Below are positions 1 to 7,513 of a stretch of DNA of 58,737 nt, in pieces (position 1 is the first letter of the stretch; each line of letters begins with the position of its first letter). The notes beneath the pieces were generated by a model, which saw only the letters and a program-made list of their open reading frames with translations, ran no database searches and had not been told where the DNA came from. Both the position numbers and the translations under genes were made by a program. This stretch comes from Anaerolineae bacterium. GTDB lineage: Bacteria > Chloroflexota > Anaerolineae > Epilineales > JAHCIE01. The stretch covers positions 1-58,737 of the forward strand of contig JAHCIP010000003.1 in assembly GCA_026129165.1 (NCBI GenBank). Direction: 5' to 3'.

Positions 1-641
1 AAGTAGCGGTCAATGCCAGCCACCATGAGCAGTTGCTTGAGCTGCTGGGGCGACTGGGGCAGGGCGTAGAACTTGCCGGGCTGGACACGGCTCGGCACGA
101 GGTAGTCGCGCGCGCCTTCGGGCGTGCTCTTGAGCAGGATGGGCGTCTCGATTTCGATAAAGTCCCGGCTGTCCAGGTAGTCGCGGATGAGCTTGACGAG
201 CTTGTGGCGCAGAACCAGGTTGCGCTGCATCCTCGGCCGGCGCAGGTCCAGGTAGCGGTACTTGAGGCGCAGCGCCTCGTCCACGTCCTGCTCGACGGCA
301 ATGGGAACGGGCGGCGTCTTGGCCGGGTTCAGAACCTCTAGCTTGTCAACCATGACTTCGATGTCGCCCGTCGCCAGGTCGGGGTTGTGCTGGCCCTCGG
401 GGCGCTCGGCCACCGTCCCTCTCACCTGGATCACCCACTCGCTGCCGAGGCGGGTGGCCTGGGCGTGGACTTCGGGCGCGTTGGCCGGGTTAAAGACAAT
501 CTGGGTGATGCCGTCGCGGTCGCGCAGGTCAATGAACACCAGGCCGCCGTGGTCGCGGCGGCGGTGGACCCAGCCAGCGAGGGTGACGCGCTGACCGGCG
601 TCGGAGCGGCGCAGTTGGCCGTTGGTATGGGTGCGGAGCAC
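1..641 (-). CDS. aspS: aspartate--tRNA ligase, N-terminal ~213 codons (3' end lies outside the window)
   Basis: Absent from the ORF track because there is no stop in the window. My reverse translation from the GTG at 639-641 reads [54 protein letters not shown] ... [19 protein letters not shown]. This is the AspRS OB-fold anticodon-binding domain plus the class-II motif 1 region. GGAGG lies 4 nt upstream of the GTG. Confidence 0.9.
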   Translation of the reverse strand, partial: MLRTHTNGQLRRSDAGQRVTLAGWVHRRRDHGGLVFIDLRDRDGITQIVFNPANAPEVHAQATRLGSEWVIQVRGTVAERPEGQHNPDLATGDIEVMVDKLEVLNPAKTPPVPIAVEQDVDEALRLKYRYLDLRRPRMQRNLVLRHKLVKLIRDYLDSRDFIEIETPILLKSTPEGARDYLVPSRVQPGKFYALPQSPQQLKQLLMVAGIDRY

Positions 642-654
642 ACAGCCTCCAGGG

Positions 655-712
655 GAGTAGTCGGTAGACAGTAGGCAGTAGGCAGTAGTCGGTAGTCGGA
701 CGGAGGACGGGG
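655..712. repeat. heptamer-periodic low-complexity tract (gtagNNN units)
   Basis: The tract reads gtagtcg gtagaca gtaggca gtaggca gtagtcg gtagtcg gacggag. The reverse-complement type (tgNNtac units) occurs at 23592-23668. Confidence 0.55.
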
Positions 713-757
713 GGGCGGCAAGTTTTTGCCGCGATGGGACAGAGGGCTTGAAACCCC

Positions 758-786
758 TTGACGGACTAGAACTTTTGTTCTAAAAT
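758..786 (+). promoter_or_regulatory. sigma70-type promoter with an embedded GAAC-N4-GTTC (LexA/Cheo-type) palindrome
   Basis: TTGACG (758-763), a 17-nt spacer, then TAAAAT (781-786). The spacer and -10 contain the perfect 16-nt palindrome TAGAAC-TTTT-GTTCTA (767-782). Confidence 0.55.
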
Positions 787-792
787 AGAGCT

Positions 793-905
793 AACAACGC
801 TATACAGGGCAGCAGCCCGACCGCCGGCGGAGACACATCTGAGGCGGCAAACTCTATGTGGGGCAGACTTTGGGTCTGCACGACATACGGTTTGCCGCCT
901 TTTTT
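793..905 (+). ncRNA. candidate short (~110 nt) transcript between the SOS-box promoter and an intrinsic terminator; identity unknown
   Basis: Defined only by the promoter at 758-786 and the terminator at 843-905. I recognised no known RNA family signature. Confidence 0.3.
843..905 (+). terminator. rho-independent terminator
   Basis: ggcggcaaac (843-852) pairs with gtttgccgcc (890-899). An extended imperfect inner stem (tatgtggggcagac / ggtctgcacgacata) lies between them. A T6 run follows at 900-905. Confidence 0.65.
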
Positions 906-907
906 GT

Positions 908-946
908 CGGAAGGCGTAGGAAGACGTGGGAAGGCGGGGGAAGGGC
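908..946. repeat. GGAAG-periodic (about 10-nt spacing) purine-rich tract
   Basis: The tract reads ggaaggcgtaggaagacgtgggaaggcgggggaaggg. Related copies occur at 22164-22219 (as a palindrome), 33838-33882, and partly at 23548-23570. Confidence 0.5.
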
Positions 947-1094
947 AGCCGCCGATTGAAATCCTAAAGGAGGCTCCGCACTCGAGGCTGGAGGGCCGCT
1001 GGCCGATCGTCGGCCTACGCCGACGTTGACCGGTCCGCGAAGGCGGACCATCAGCCGAAGGCTCTACAGCCCCGATTTCAATCGGCGGGTCCAG

Positions 1095-1955
1095 TCAGGG
1101 CACGCTCACGCCCAGGTCGCGCAGCTCGCTGCGGAGCACCCCCTGGACGAGGCCACTGAGCTGGGCGGTCGGGTCAAGGACGAAGCCGGGCCGGCCGGCC
1201 AGGGCCTGGGCGAAGGCATGCTGAAGCGCGGGCCAGTCGGATGGCCCCACGGCGTCGAGGGCGGCGCGGGCGGCCTGCCCTGTACCGGCGGCGGCCTCGA
1301 TGCTTTCGAGCAGGAAGCGCCGGGCGTCGTCGCCGTGGTGGACGAAGCGGGCCGGGCCAGACCAGGCGAAGGCGTGGCCGAGGATGAGGGTTTCCAGGTC
1401 AAGCTCCAGGAGGCGGTCGAGGCTGGCGCGGTACTGGTCGCCGGAGTAGAAGTAGAGGGGCACAGCCGTGTTGCCAGGACCGTAGCCCTGGACGGCGTCG
1501 GAGACGATGAGCAAGCGCCGCTGGGCCTCGTACAGGCAGGCCATGCCGGCCGAGTGCCCGGGCGTGGACACGACGCGCAACGTCCGTCCGCCGAGGTCGA
1601 TCTCGTCGCCGTCGTGGAGGAGGCGGTCGGGCGGGGTGTCCAGCAAGGCAGCGTCGGCGGCGGGGCAGAGGATGGGCGCGCCACTGGCGGCCTTGAGGGC
1701 GGCGTTGCCCTCGATGTGGTCCCAGTGGCCATGGGTGTTGACAATGAGGGCGATGTCGGCCACGCTTCGGCCGAGGGCGGCCAGGGCAGGTTCGAGGGCG
1801 GCGGGCATGTAGGCGCGCACGCCGGTGTCGAGGACGGCCAGGCGCTCGCCCTGCGCCAGGGTCATGGCGGCTTCGACGCCGCCCCAGCCAGGGCCAAGCG
1901 GGCACTGGGCGAGGACGACGCCAGGCAGGACGGGTTGAAAGGAGGCATCGGACAT
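1095..1955 (-). CDS. MBL-fold metallo-hydrolase
   Basis: 286-aa ORF with the HxHxDH motif (VNTHGHWDHIEGN) and downstream His/Asp ligand positions. Confidence 0.85.
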   Translation of the reverse strand: MSDASFQPVLPGVVLAQCPLGPGWGGVEAAMTLAQGERLAVLDTGVRAYMPAALEPALAALGRSVADIALIVNTHGHWDHIEGNAALKAASGAPILCPAADAALLDTPPDRLLHDGDEIDLGGRTLRVVSTPGHSAGMACLYEAQRRLLIVSDAVQGYGPGNTAVPLYFYSGDQYRASLDRLLELDLETLILGHAFAWSGPARFVHHGDDARRFLLESIEAAAGTGQAARAALDAVGPSDWPALQHAFAQALAGRPGFVLDPTAQLSGLVQGVLRSELRDLGVSVP

Positions 1956-2035
1956 AGGTGAACCTTAGGGGGCGGAAGGGTCATCCTAGCATGGACGGTG
2001 GAGTTGTCAAAGGCAAGGAGAAGAAAGGAGAGTCT

Positions 2036-2904
2036 ATGACCCAACGTGAACGCCGCATCCAACTGACATCGGGGCTGACGCCAGTGGCGCGAGGCGAGTC
2101 GGCCTACCTGGTGACGATTATCGCGGCGGGGCCGGCCAACGGCTACCAGTGGACCGGCGAGGCGCTGGCTGAGGCGGTGGCCGCCGGCCAGTTTGCCAGC
2201 CTGCCCAGCTTCGTAGACCACCGCCTGGACCCGACGCTAATTGGGAAGCGCTCGGTGCGCGATCTGTGCGGCGCGGTGAGCGAGGCGAGCTATGACGCGA
2301 AGGCCCAGGCGGTGAAGGGGGTCTTTCGCCCGTTAGGGCCGTTGGGGGCCTGGGTGGATGCCCTGTTGCGCGACATGCTGGCCCAGGCGAGCCAGGGTCA
2401 GGCGACGCTCCCGCTGGGGCTGAGCATTGATGTGACGTTTTACGCGAGCCAGGGGCGGGTCGAGCGGATTAGCCGCGTGCACTCCGCGGATGTGGTGTAT
2501 CAACCGGCCGCCGGCGGCGTCTTTGAGGCGCGGCTGGGCGCCGAGGCGAACCAGGAGGACCCCGTGACCGAGACATTGTCACTGACGGAGGATGGGGGAC
2601 AGCGGGCGGAACTGAGCCAGGCCTTGCTGGTCCAGCAGTGCCGCGCGACGCTAGACGCGACGCTCGCGGCGTGCGAGTTGCCCGCGCCGCTACGCGAGGA
2701 GGTGCGGGCGCAGTTCCAGGGGCGGGTGTTCGCGCCGACGAACTGCAGGCGGCGGTGGAGGGCAAGCGGGCGACGTGGGCCGCGCTGGCCGAGAGCGGCG
2801 GTGCGAGGGCTGGCGGAGACGGAGGACCCCATAGCGGGGGCAGACCGCCGACGGCGGACAAGCCCAAGAGGGCGCGGTCGGCGGTCGGCGGTCAGCGGTC
2901 CTGA
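2036..2904 (+). CDS. phage prohead protease/scaffold-like protein; reading frame decays after ~2735
   Basis: ATG 2036 is preceded by AAAGGAGAG. The N-terminus (AYLVTIIAAGPANGYQWTGEALAEAV...FVDH) resembles phage head protease/scaffold proteins and is followed by an Ala/Gln/Leu-rich helical part. After ~2735 plausible sequence is spread over three frames (RVFAP / DELQAAVEGKRATWAALAESG / AVLTGMLAELDRV). Confidence 0.45.
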
Positions 2905-2909
2905 CCGGC

Positions 2910-3992
2910 ATGCTCGCCGAGTTGGACCGCGTGCAACTGGCGGTGGATCGGCTGTTGGGGCTGGCGCTGCCCGACGCGGTGTCGGATACGCCGCGCCTGA
3001 CGGGCATCCGCGAACTGTACCACCTGGTGACGGGCGACTATGACCTGTACGGCGTGTTCAACCCCAGCCGCGCCGCCTTCGCCAACGCCAACGCGACAAC
3101 GATGGCCGGGCTGGTGACGAATGCCATGAACAAGGTCATCGCGGCGCGCGCCGAGGAGTTGGGCCGCGCGGGCTACGACTGGTGGCGGGCGGTCGTGCAC
3201 GAGGAGGATTTTAACTCGCTCCAGGACATCAGTTGGATTGCGGTGGGCGGCTTTGGCGACCTGCCGACCATCAGCGAGGGCGCGGCGTATATGGAATTGA
3301 CCTGGGACGACACTACGGAGACGACGAGGTGGACCAAGAAGGGCGGCTACCTGGGGCTGACGCTGGAGATGATTGACCGCGACGAGACGCGCCGCGTGCG
3401 CCGTATCCCTGGCCTGCTGGCGACGGCGGCTATCCGCACCCTGTCCAGCACGGTGGCTGGTCTCTTCACCCAGAACAGCGGCGTCGGGCCGGACCTGGCC
3501 GATAGCACGGCCCTGTTCGACGCCTCGCGCGGCAACCTGGGGACTTCGGCGCTGTCGGCGGCCACGTGGGACGCGGCGGTGCAGGCCATGTTCAAACAGA
3601 CCGAGCTGAACAGCGGCAAGCGGCTGGGCATCCGCCCGCGCTACGTGCTGACGCCGATTGAACTGGAGAAGACGGCGCTGCAAATCTTCGTCTCGCCGAC
3701 CGAACCCAGCTCTAATGTGTTCTACGAGAACGTGCGGCGCTCGGCGGCGCAGAACGTCATCGCCGTGCCAGAGTGGACGGACGCCAACGACTGGGCAGCG
3801 GTGGCCGACCCGCGCATCGCGCCGGGTATCGGCGTCGGCTACCGCTTTGGCCGCCAGCCGGAGGTGTTTGTGGCCGACCAGCCCGAAGTCGGCTCTATGT
3901 TTACGAATGATGAGTTACGTGTCAAAACGCGGTTCCTCTACGGCGTGGGGGTCATTGACTACCGCCCGCTGTATAAGGCTAACGTGGCTTAG
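2910..3992 (+). CDS. phage major capsid protein (HK97-fold / Mu gpT-like); the true start may lie upstream
   Basis: 360-aa ORF directly after the scaffold-like ORF. It has capsid-like segments: WIAVGGFGDLPTISEGAAYMELTWDD, KKGGYLGLTLEMIDRDE, and a C-terminal ELRVKTRFLYGVGVIDYRPLYKANV. Assigned from memory, not searched. Confidence 0.7.
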   Translation: MLAELDRVQLAVDRLLGLALPDAVSDTPRLTGIRELYHLVTGDYDLYGVFNPSRAAFANANATTMAGLVTNAMNKVIAARAEELGRAGYDWWRAVVHEEDFNSLQDISWIAVGGFGDLPTISEGAAYMELTWDDTTETTRWTKKGGYLGLTLEMIDRDETRRVRRIPGLLATAAIRTLSSTVAGLFTQNSGVGPDLADSTALFDASRGNLGTSALSAATWDAAVQAMFKQTELNSGKRLGIRPRYVLTPIELEKTALQIFVSPTEPSSNVFYENVRRSAAQNVIAVPEWTDANDWAAVADPRIAPGIGVGYRFGRQPEVFVADQPEVGSMFTNDELRVKTRFLYGVGVIDYRPLYKANVA

Positions 3993-4107
3993 TCGGATCG
4001 TCCGGTGGTCGAATAGTTGACTAGTTACGCGCTAGATGACCCGACTATCCGATGTACCGACAACACACCTATCTGACTAACCAACTAACTGACGAAAGGA
4101 CTTTGGT

Positions 4108-4470
4108 ATGTTCCAGACCCTGACCCTGACCTGGGATGCGTCGGCGGCGCAGGACCCGCTGCTGGAGTGCAAGCTGCCGCGCGGCATTACCATCCTCGCG
4201 GTTTCGTATTGCCCGCAGTCGCACACCGGCACGCCCACCAACTCCAATATTGACATCGTAGACGACGGCACAGACGTCATCAGCGCCATCACTGTGGCGA
4301 CGGCGGGGACGCCCACGCTCTGGAAGTCGAAGGCGGTAGGCGGGACGAATGCCCCTGTGTTCGTGGCGGCGGATAGCATCCTCGGCGTCGCCCTGAACTT
4401 CTCAGGCGGCTCGTCGCCGACGGCGGTGGACGGGGCGGTGGTCATCTACTACGCGCCGGGGGCGGTATGA
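4108..4470 (+). CDS. hypothetical beta-rich protein in the phage head module
   Basis: 120-aa ORF with AGGA upstream. Its end overlaps the next start (ATGA). No family recognised. Confidence 0.45.
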   Translation: MFQTLTLTWDASAAQDPLLECKLPRGITILAVSYCPQSHTGTPTNSNIDIVDDGTDVISAITVATAGTPTLWKSKAVGGTNAPVFVAADSILGVALNFSGGSSPTAVDGAVVIYYAPGAV

Positions 4471-5102
4471 ACCTGGCGGCCTATCGCACGTCGGTGCGGG
4501 ATCATGCGCGTGACGGCGGGGCGACGGTGTGGACCGACGCGCAGGTGGACACGGCGCTGCGGGCCGCGCTCGAAGCCTATAGCCGGGTCACGGCGCGGAC
4601 GGTGGTGACGCCGCTGACGCTGACGAGCGGCGACCGCGAAATCAGCCTGGCGAGTCTGGCAGGGCTGCTGACAGTGCGCGAACTGTGGCTACCCTATACC
4701 CCGTCCGCCCCGGAAGACCCACCTAACCGGCGCTATTTCATCCCACTGTCGCCGACGACGGTCTACATCGCCGACGGCGCGGAGCCAACGACGGGCGAGA
4801 TAGCGAGAGTGTTCTACCTGGCGCTGCACACGGTGGACGGACTGGACGGCGCGACGGCCACCAGCGTCCCGGCCTGGCATGAGCAGGGGCTGGCGTTGGG
4901 GGCGGCGGCCTACCTGGCTGAGGCGCGGGCGCGGCAGTTGACCGAAGCGGAGAATGTGACCTCGGCCACGCGGCGCTGGGCCAACGACTCGGCGCAGGGG
5001 CGGCTCCAGGCGTGGCAAGACTGGCTGGCCGAGGTAGCGGTGACGGAGAGTGGGCCCGTGGCCTGGCAGCTTCCGCTACTCGGCTTCGAGGCGTGCGTTT
5101 AG
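4467..5102 (+). CDS. hypothetical protein, possible head-completion/adaptor
   Basis: 211-aa ORF translationally coupled to the previous ORF. The functional guess rests on its position between capsid and portal only. Confidence 0.4.
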   Translation: MNLAAYRTSVRDHARDGGATVWTDAQVDTALRAALEAYSRVTARTVVTPLTLTSGDREISLASLAGLLTVRELWLPYTPSAPEDPPNRRYFIPLSPTTVYIADGAEPTTGEIARVFYLALHTVDGLDGATATSVPAWHEQGLALGAAAYLAEARARQLTEAENVTSATRRWANDSAQGRLQAWQDWLAEVAVTESGPVAWQLPLLGFEACV

Positions 5103-5112
5103 GCGAAACACC

Positions 5113-5199
5113 TTCGACTGTCATGCCTCGCTATGCTCGGCATCTACTCTGGTATGTTGTCGGAGCAGACCCTTCACTTCGTTCAGGGTGACAGTCGAA
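5113..5199. repeat. MITE/REP-like imperfect palindromic element
   Basis: Arms are ttcgactgtcatgcc...ctctgg and cggagcag...cagggtgacagtcgaa around the loop tatgttgt. It is homologous to the element at 14992-15124, which shares ttcgactgtca, cttcgcttcgctcagg and the ctctgg-N-gttgtc-agagcag core. Confidence 0.6.
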
Positions 5200-5243
5200 T
5201 TCCTATCCCTTCCCATGTCTTATCAGTCAGAATGGAGCATCCT

Positions 5244-5645
5244 ATGCCAATCCCAGGGGTTGATTGCCATATCACGCTGTACCACGCGGCGGTGAACAGC
5301 GGGGCGGCGGTGGGGTTTATCCTCAAGGCCGACCGACGCGGGCCAACCTATGAGGTGACGCGCTACCGCCAGGGGCTACCGATCTGGGCGGACCAGGGCG
5401 GCTGGCCGGCCCAACTCCAATGCTATGTACTCGGTCTGCCCCGCCTCATCGCCCCCAATGGCGCCGAGTACACGCTAGCGCCGGGCCAGGTACGCAGCCG
5501 TCTCGTCGAGTTCTGGAATACGACGACGCCGATGACCCTGGCCGACCCGCTCCAGACGCTAACCGTCATGTGGGAGCACGAGGGGTTGACGGAACAGGTC
5601 TACGGCGACGGCGCGGAGTTTCGGCTGCGCATGGTGACGGTGTAA
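5244..5645 (+). CDS. hypothetical protein in the phage head module
   Basis: The track ORF is 5133-5645. I prefer ATG 5244 (GGAG 6 nt upstream) because 5133-5199 is the palindromic repeat. Confidence 0.4.
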   Translation: MPIPGVDCHITLYHAAVNSGAAVGFILKADRRGPTYEVTRYRQGLPIWADQGGWPAQLQCYVLGLPRLIAPNGAEYTLAPGQVRSRLVEFWNTTTPMTLADPLQTLTVMWEHEGLTEQVYGDGAEFRLRMVTV

Positions 5646-5657
5646 TAGGAGGAAGGT

Positions 5658-6977
5658 ATGACCTCGGTAGAGGGGTGGCGGGGACGGCTGGCCGAACAGC
5701 TGTTTGGCGACGTGATTGAGGCGCGGGTGCAGCAGGCCGTCAAGGTGGTGGATGACCGCTGGTGGACGCAGGTAGGCGCGGCGGCGGCGCCGGCCGACCG
5801 TGCCTGGACCGACCGCGTGGACGACTTGCGCGACGCGCTCGACGCCTGGCGGGTCAACCCATTGGCGCGGCGCATCGTCCAGTTGACGACGGACTACGTG
5901 GTGGGCGACGGCATGGGCGTCGTGGCGACGGCCTCGCCCGATCTAACCGAGTTTGTCCGCGCCTTCTGGTCGCACCGCCTCAACCGCCTCGACCTGCGGC
6001 TGGCGTCCCTATGCGATGAATTGACGCGGGCCGGCGAATTGTTCCCGGTCCTGTTCCCCAACCCGGCCAGCGGCCTCAGTTACCTGCGGCTGATCCCCGC
6101 CGCCCAGGTCCGCGCCGTGGACACCGACCCCGACGACTACGAGCGCGAACTGGGCTACTGGCAGGTCCGGCCCGGCGACCTGGAGGGCCGCTACTGGAAG
6201 GGCCTCGACCACCCCGACCTGCGCCCCGACGAGCCGATTATGCTCCACTACACCGTCAACAAACCCATTGGCGCGACGCGGGGCGAGGGCGATCTGGGAC
6301 CCATCCTGGTCTGGCTGCGGAGCTACCGCGACTGGCTCGAAGGCCGGGTGAGGGTAAACAAGCTCAAGTCCATATTTTTGTGGGACGTCACCGTGCCCGA
6401 CCAGGCCATCGCCCACACCCGCCAGAAGTACAGCGTCCCGCCGCGCGACGGCTCGATTATTGTGCATGGGGAGAGCGAGAAGTGGTCGGCGGTCCAGCCG
6501 CACATCCAGGCCGACGCGGCCGAGGCCGATGGCAAGGCGCTGCGCCAGATGATCGCGGCGGGCGCGGCGGCCCCGCCGCACTTCCTGGCCGACGCCGAGA
6601 GCGCGACGCAGGCGACGGCCCGCGAGGCCAACGAGCCGACCTACCGCCACTACCTCCAGCGGCAGAAGACGTTTCTGTGGCTGCTGGGCGACCTGCTCGC
6701 CGTGGCCGCCCTACGCGCCCAGGCGCTCGGCCGGCTGCCCGGACCGACCGTGCAGAGCGCGGCCGACCTGGGCCTACGGTGGACGACGACCGACCTCAAC
6801 CGCGACGACAACTTGACGCTGGCGCGGTCGGCGGCGCTGATGGTCAGCGCCCTGGGGCAGATGGTCGAGCGCGGTTGGGCGACGGACGCCGAGGCGGCCA
6901 ACCTGGCCTTCAAGTTCGCGGGCGAGCTGGTGGACCCGGCTGAAATCGAGGCCCGGCTGCGGGCGCGAGATCGCTAG
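5658..6977 (+). CDS. phage portal protein
   Basis: 439-aa ORF. Its size and segments (ARRIVQLTTDYVVGDG..., LHYTVNKPIGATRGEGDLGPILVWLRSYRDWLEGRVRVNK, an acidic/Ala-rich C-terminal part) resemble SPP1/HK97-type portals. Recognised by eye only. Confidence 0.65.
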   Translation: MTSVEGWRGRLAEQLFGDVIEARVQQAVKVVDDRWWTQVGAAAAPADRAWTDRVDDLRDALDAWRVNPLARRIVQLTTDYVVGDGMGVVATASPDLTEFVRAFWSHRLNRLDLRLASLCDELTRAGELFPVLFPNPASGLSYLRLIPAAQVRAVDTDPDDYERELGYWQVRPGDLEGRYWKGLDHPDLRPDEPIMLHYTVNKPIGATRGEGDLGPILVWLRSYRDWLEGRVRVNKLKSIFLWDVTVPDQAIAHTRQKYSVPPRDGSIIVHGESEKWSAVQPHIQADAAEADGKALRQMIAAGAAAPPHFLADAESATQATAREANEPTYRHYLQRQKTFLWLLGDLLAVAALRAQALGRLPGPTVQSAADLGLRWTTTDLNRDDNLTLARSAALMVSALGQMVERGWATDAEAANLAFKFAGELVDPAEIEARLRARDR

Positions 6978-6985
6978 GCGAAACA

Positions 6986-7088
6986 GGCGCCTATCCGGAA
7001 CACCGTGCGCGGCGCCAACCTCCCGCAGGCTTGTCCTGAGCCGAAGGCGAAGGATCTAAACCTGCGGGAGGTTTTTCGGATAGGCGCT
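6986..7088. terminator. nested long hairpin between convergent genes (portal / profilin-like), probably a bidirectional terminator or repeat element
   Basis: The outer stem is gcgcctatccg (6987-6997) / cggataggcgc (7077-7087). The inner stem is aacctcccgcagg (7017-7029) / cctgcgggaggtt (7061-7073), followed by ttttt. A related aacctccc...gggaggtt + ataggcgc element occurs at 10775-10845. Confidence 0.5.
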
Positions 7089-7102
7089 GAGGCGGCAAGA
7101 AG

Positions 7103-7483
7103 TCAGAAACCCTTACTTTTTAGGTCGTTGGCGTACTTCTCGACACTCACGCTCACCGCCTGCGGCGTCGTCTTGCCGAAGCAGATCAGAATGGCCTTAC
7201 CGCTGACGGCGGCGGCCGCTCCATACTCGCCCGACTTGCCGCGCACGATAAACCCCGGCTCACACTGGAGCTTGATGAAGCGTTTGTCGGCGACGTGGAA
7301 AGCGGAATCGCTAGGGGGGTCTTTGACGAGTGAGACCCGCTTGTTGACCTGGTCCGCCGTCAGGCCGAAGCCAGGACTTTGGAACCACAACCCCACCGGG
7401 CCAGTGCCGTAGATCGCGGCGGCCCCCTCCGGAATACCCGACACCATAGCATTGACATACGCATCCCAACCAGACATAGTCAT
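7103..7483 (-). CDS. profilin-like protein (126 aa)
   Basis: The translation is MTMSGWDAYVNAMVSG..AAAIYG..GLWFQSPGF..GKSGEYG..KAILICFG..VEKYANDLKSKGF. It reproduces, in order and spacing, the profilin N-terminal helix, the central GKKGxxG loop and the C-terminal VEKLxxYLxxxGF helix. AAAGGA lies upstream of the ATG. Confidence 0.8.
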   Translation of the reverse strand: MTMSGWDAYVNAMVSGIPEGAAAIYGTGPVGLWFQSPGFGLTADQVNKRVSLVKDPPSDSAFHVADKRFIKLQCEPGFIVRGKSGEYGAAAAVSGKAILICFGKTTPQAVSVSVEKYANDLKSKGF

Positions 7484-7513
7484 GTTCCTTTCTACGGGGT
7501 AGCTTCGGGCGCC

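Noticed and set aside
856-1032. 58-codon ORF starting at the only ATG downstream of the SOS-box promoter.
   Set aside because: It reads straight through the intrinsic terminator and the purine-rich repeat and has no convincing RBS spacing. I kept it only as a remark under the promoter finding.
642-1094. Possible T-box leader or other riboswitch in front of aspS.
   Set aside because: I could not find the T-box core (GGUGGUACCGCG-like) or a specifier/antiterminator layout on the minus strand. The region is instead filled with repeat tracts and a plus-strand promoter/terminator unit.
1026-1961. 311-aa plus-strand ORF fully overlapping the MBL hydrolase gene.
   Set aside because: It is antisense to a gene with clear HxHxDH motifs. 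Its composition (Gly/Ala/Arg/Val-rich, no motif) is typical of high-GC shadow ORFs. The same reasoning applies to most overlapping ORFs in the track, for example 2892-3683(-), 6009-6650(-), 11270-12052(+), 15113-15847(-), 32457-33368(-) and 54933-55739(-).
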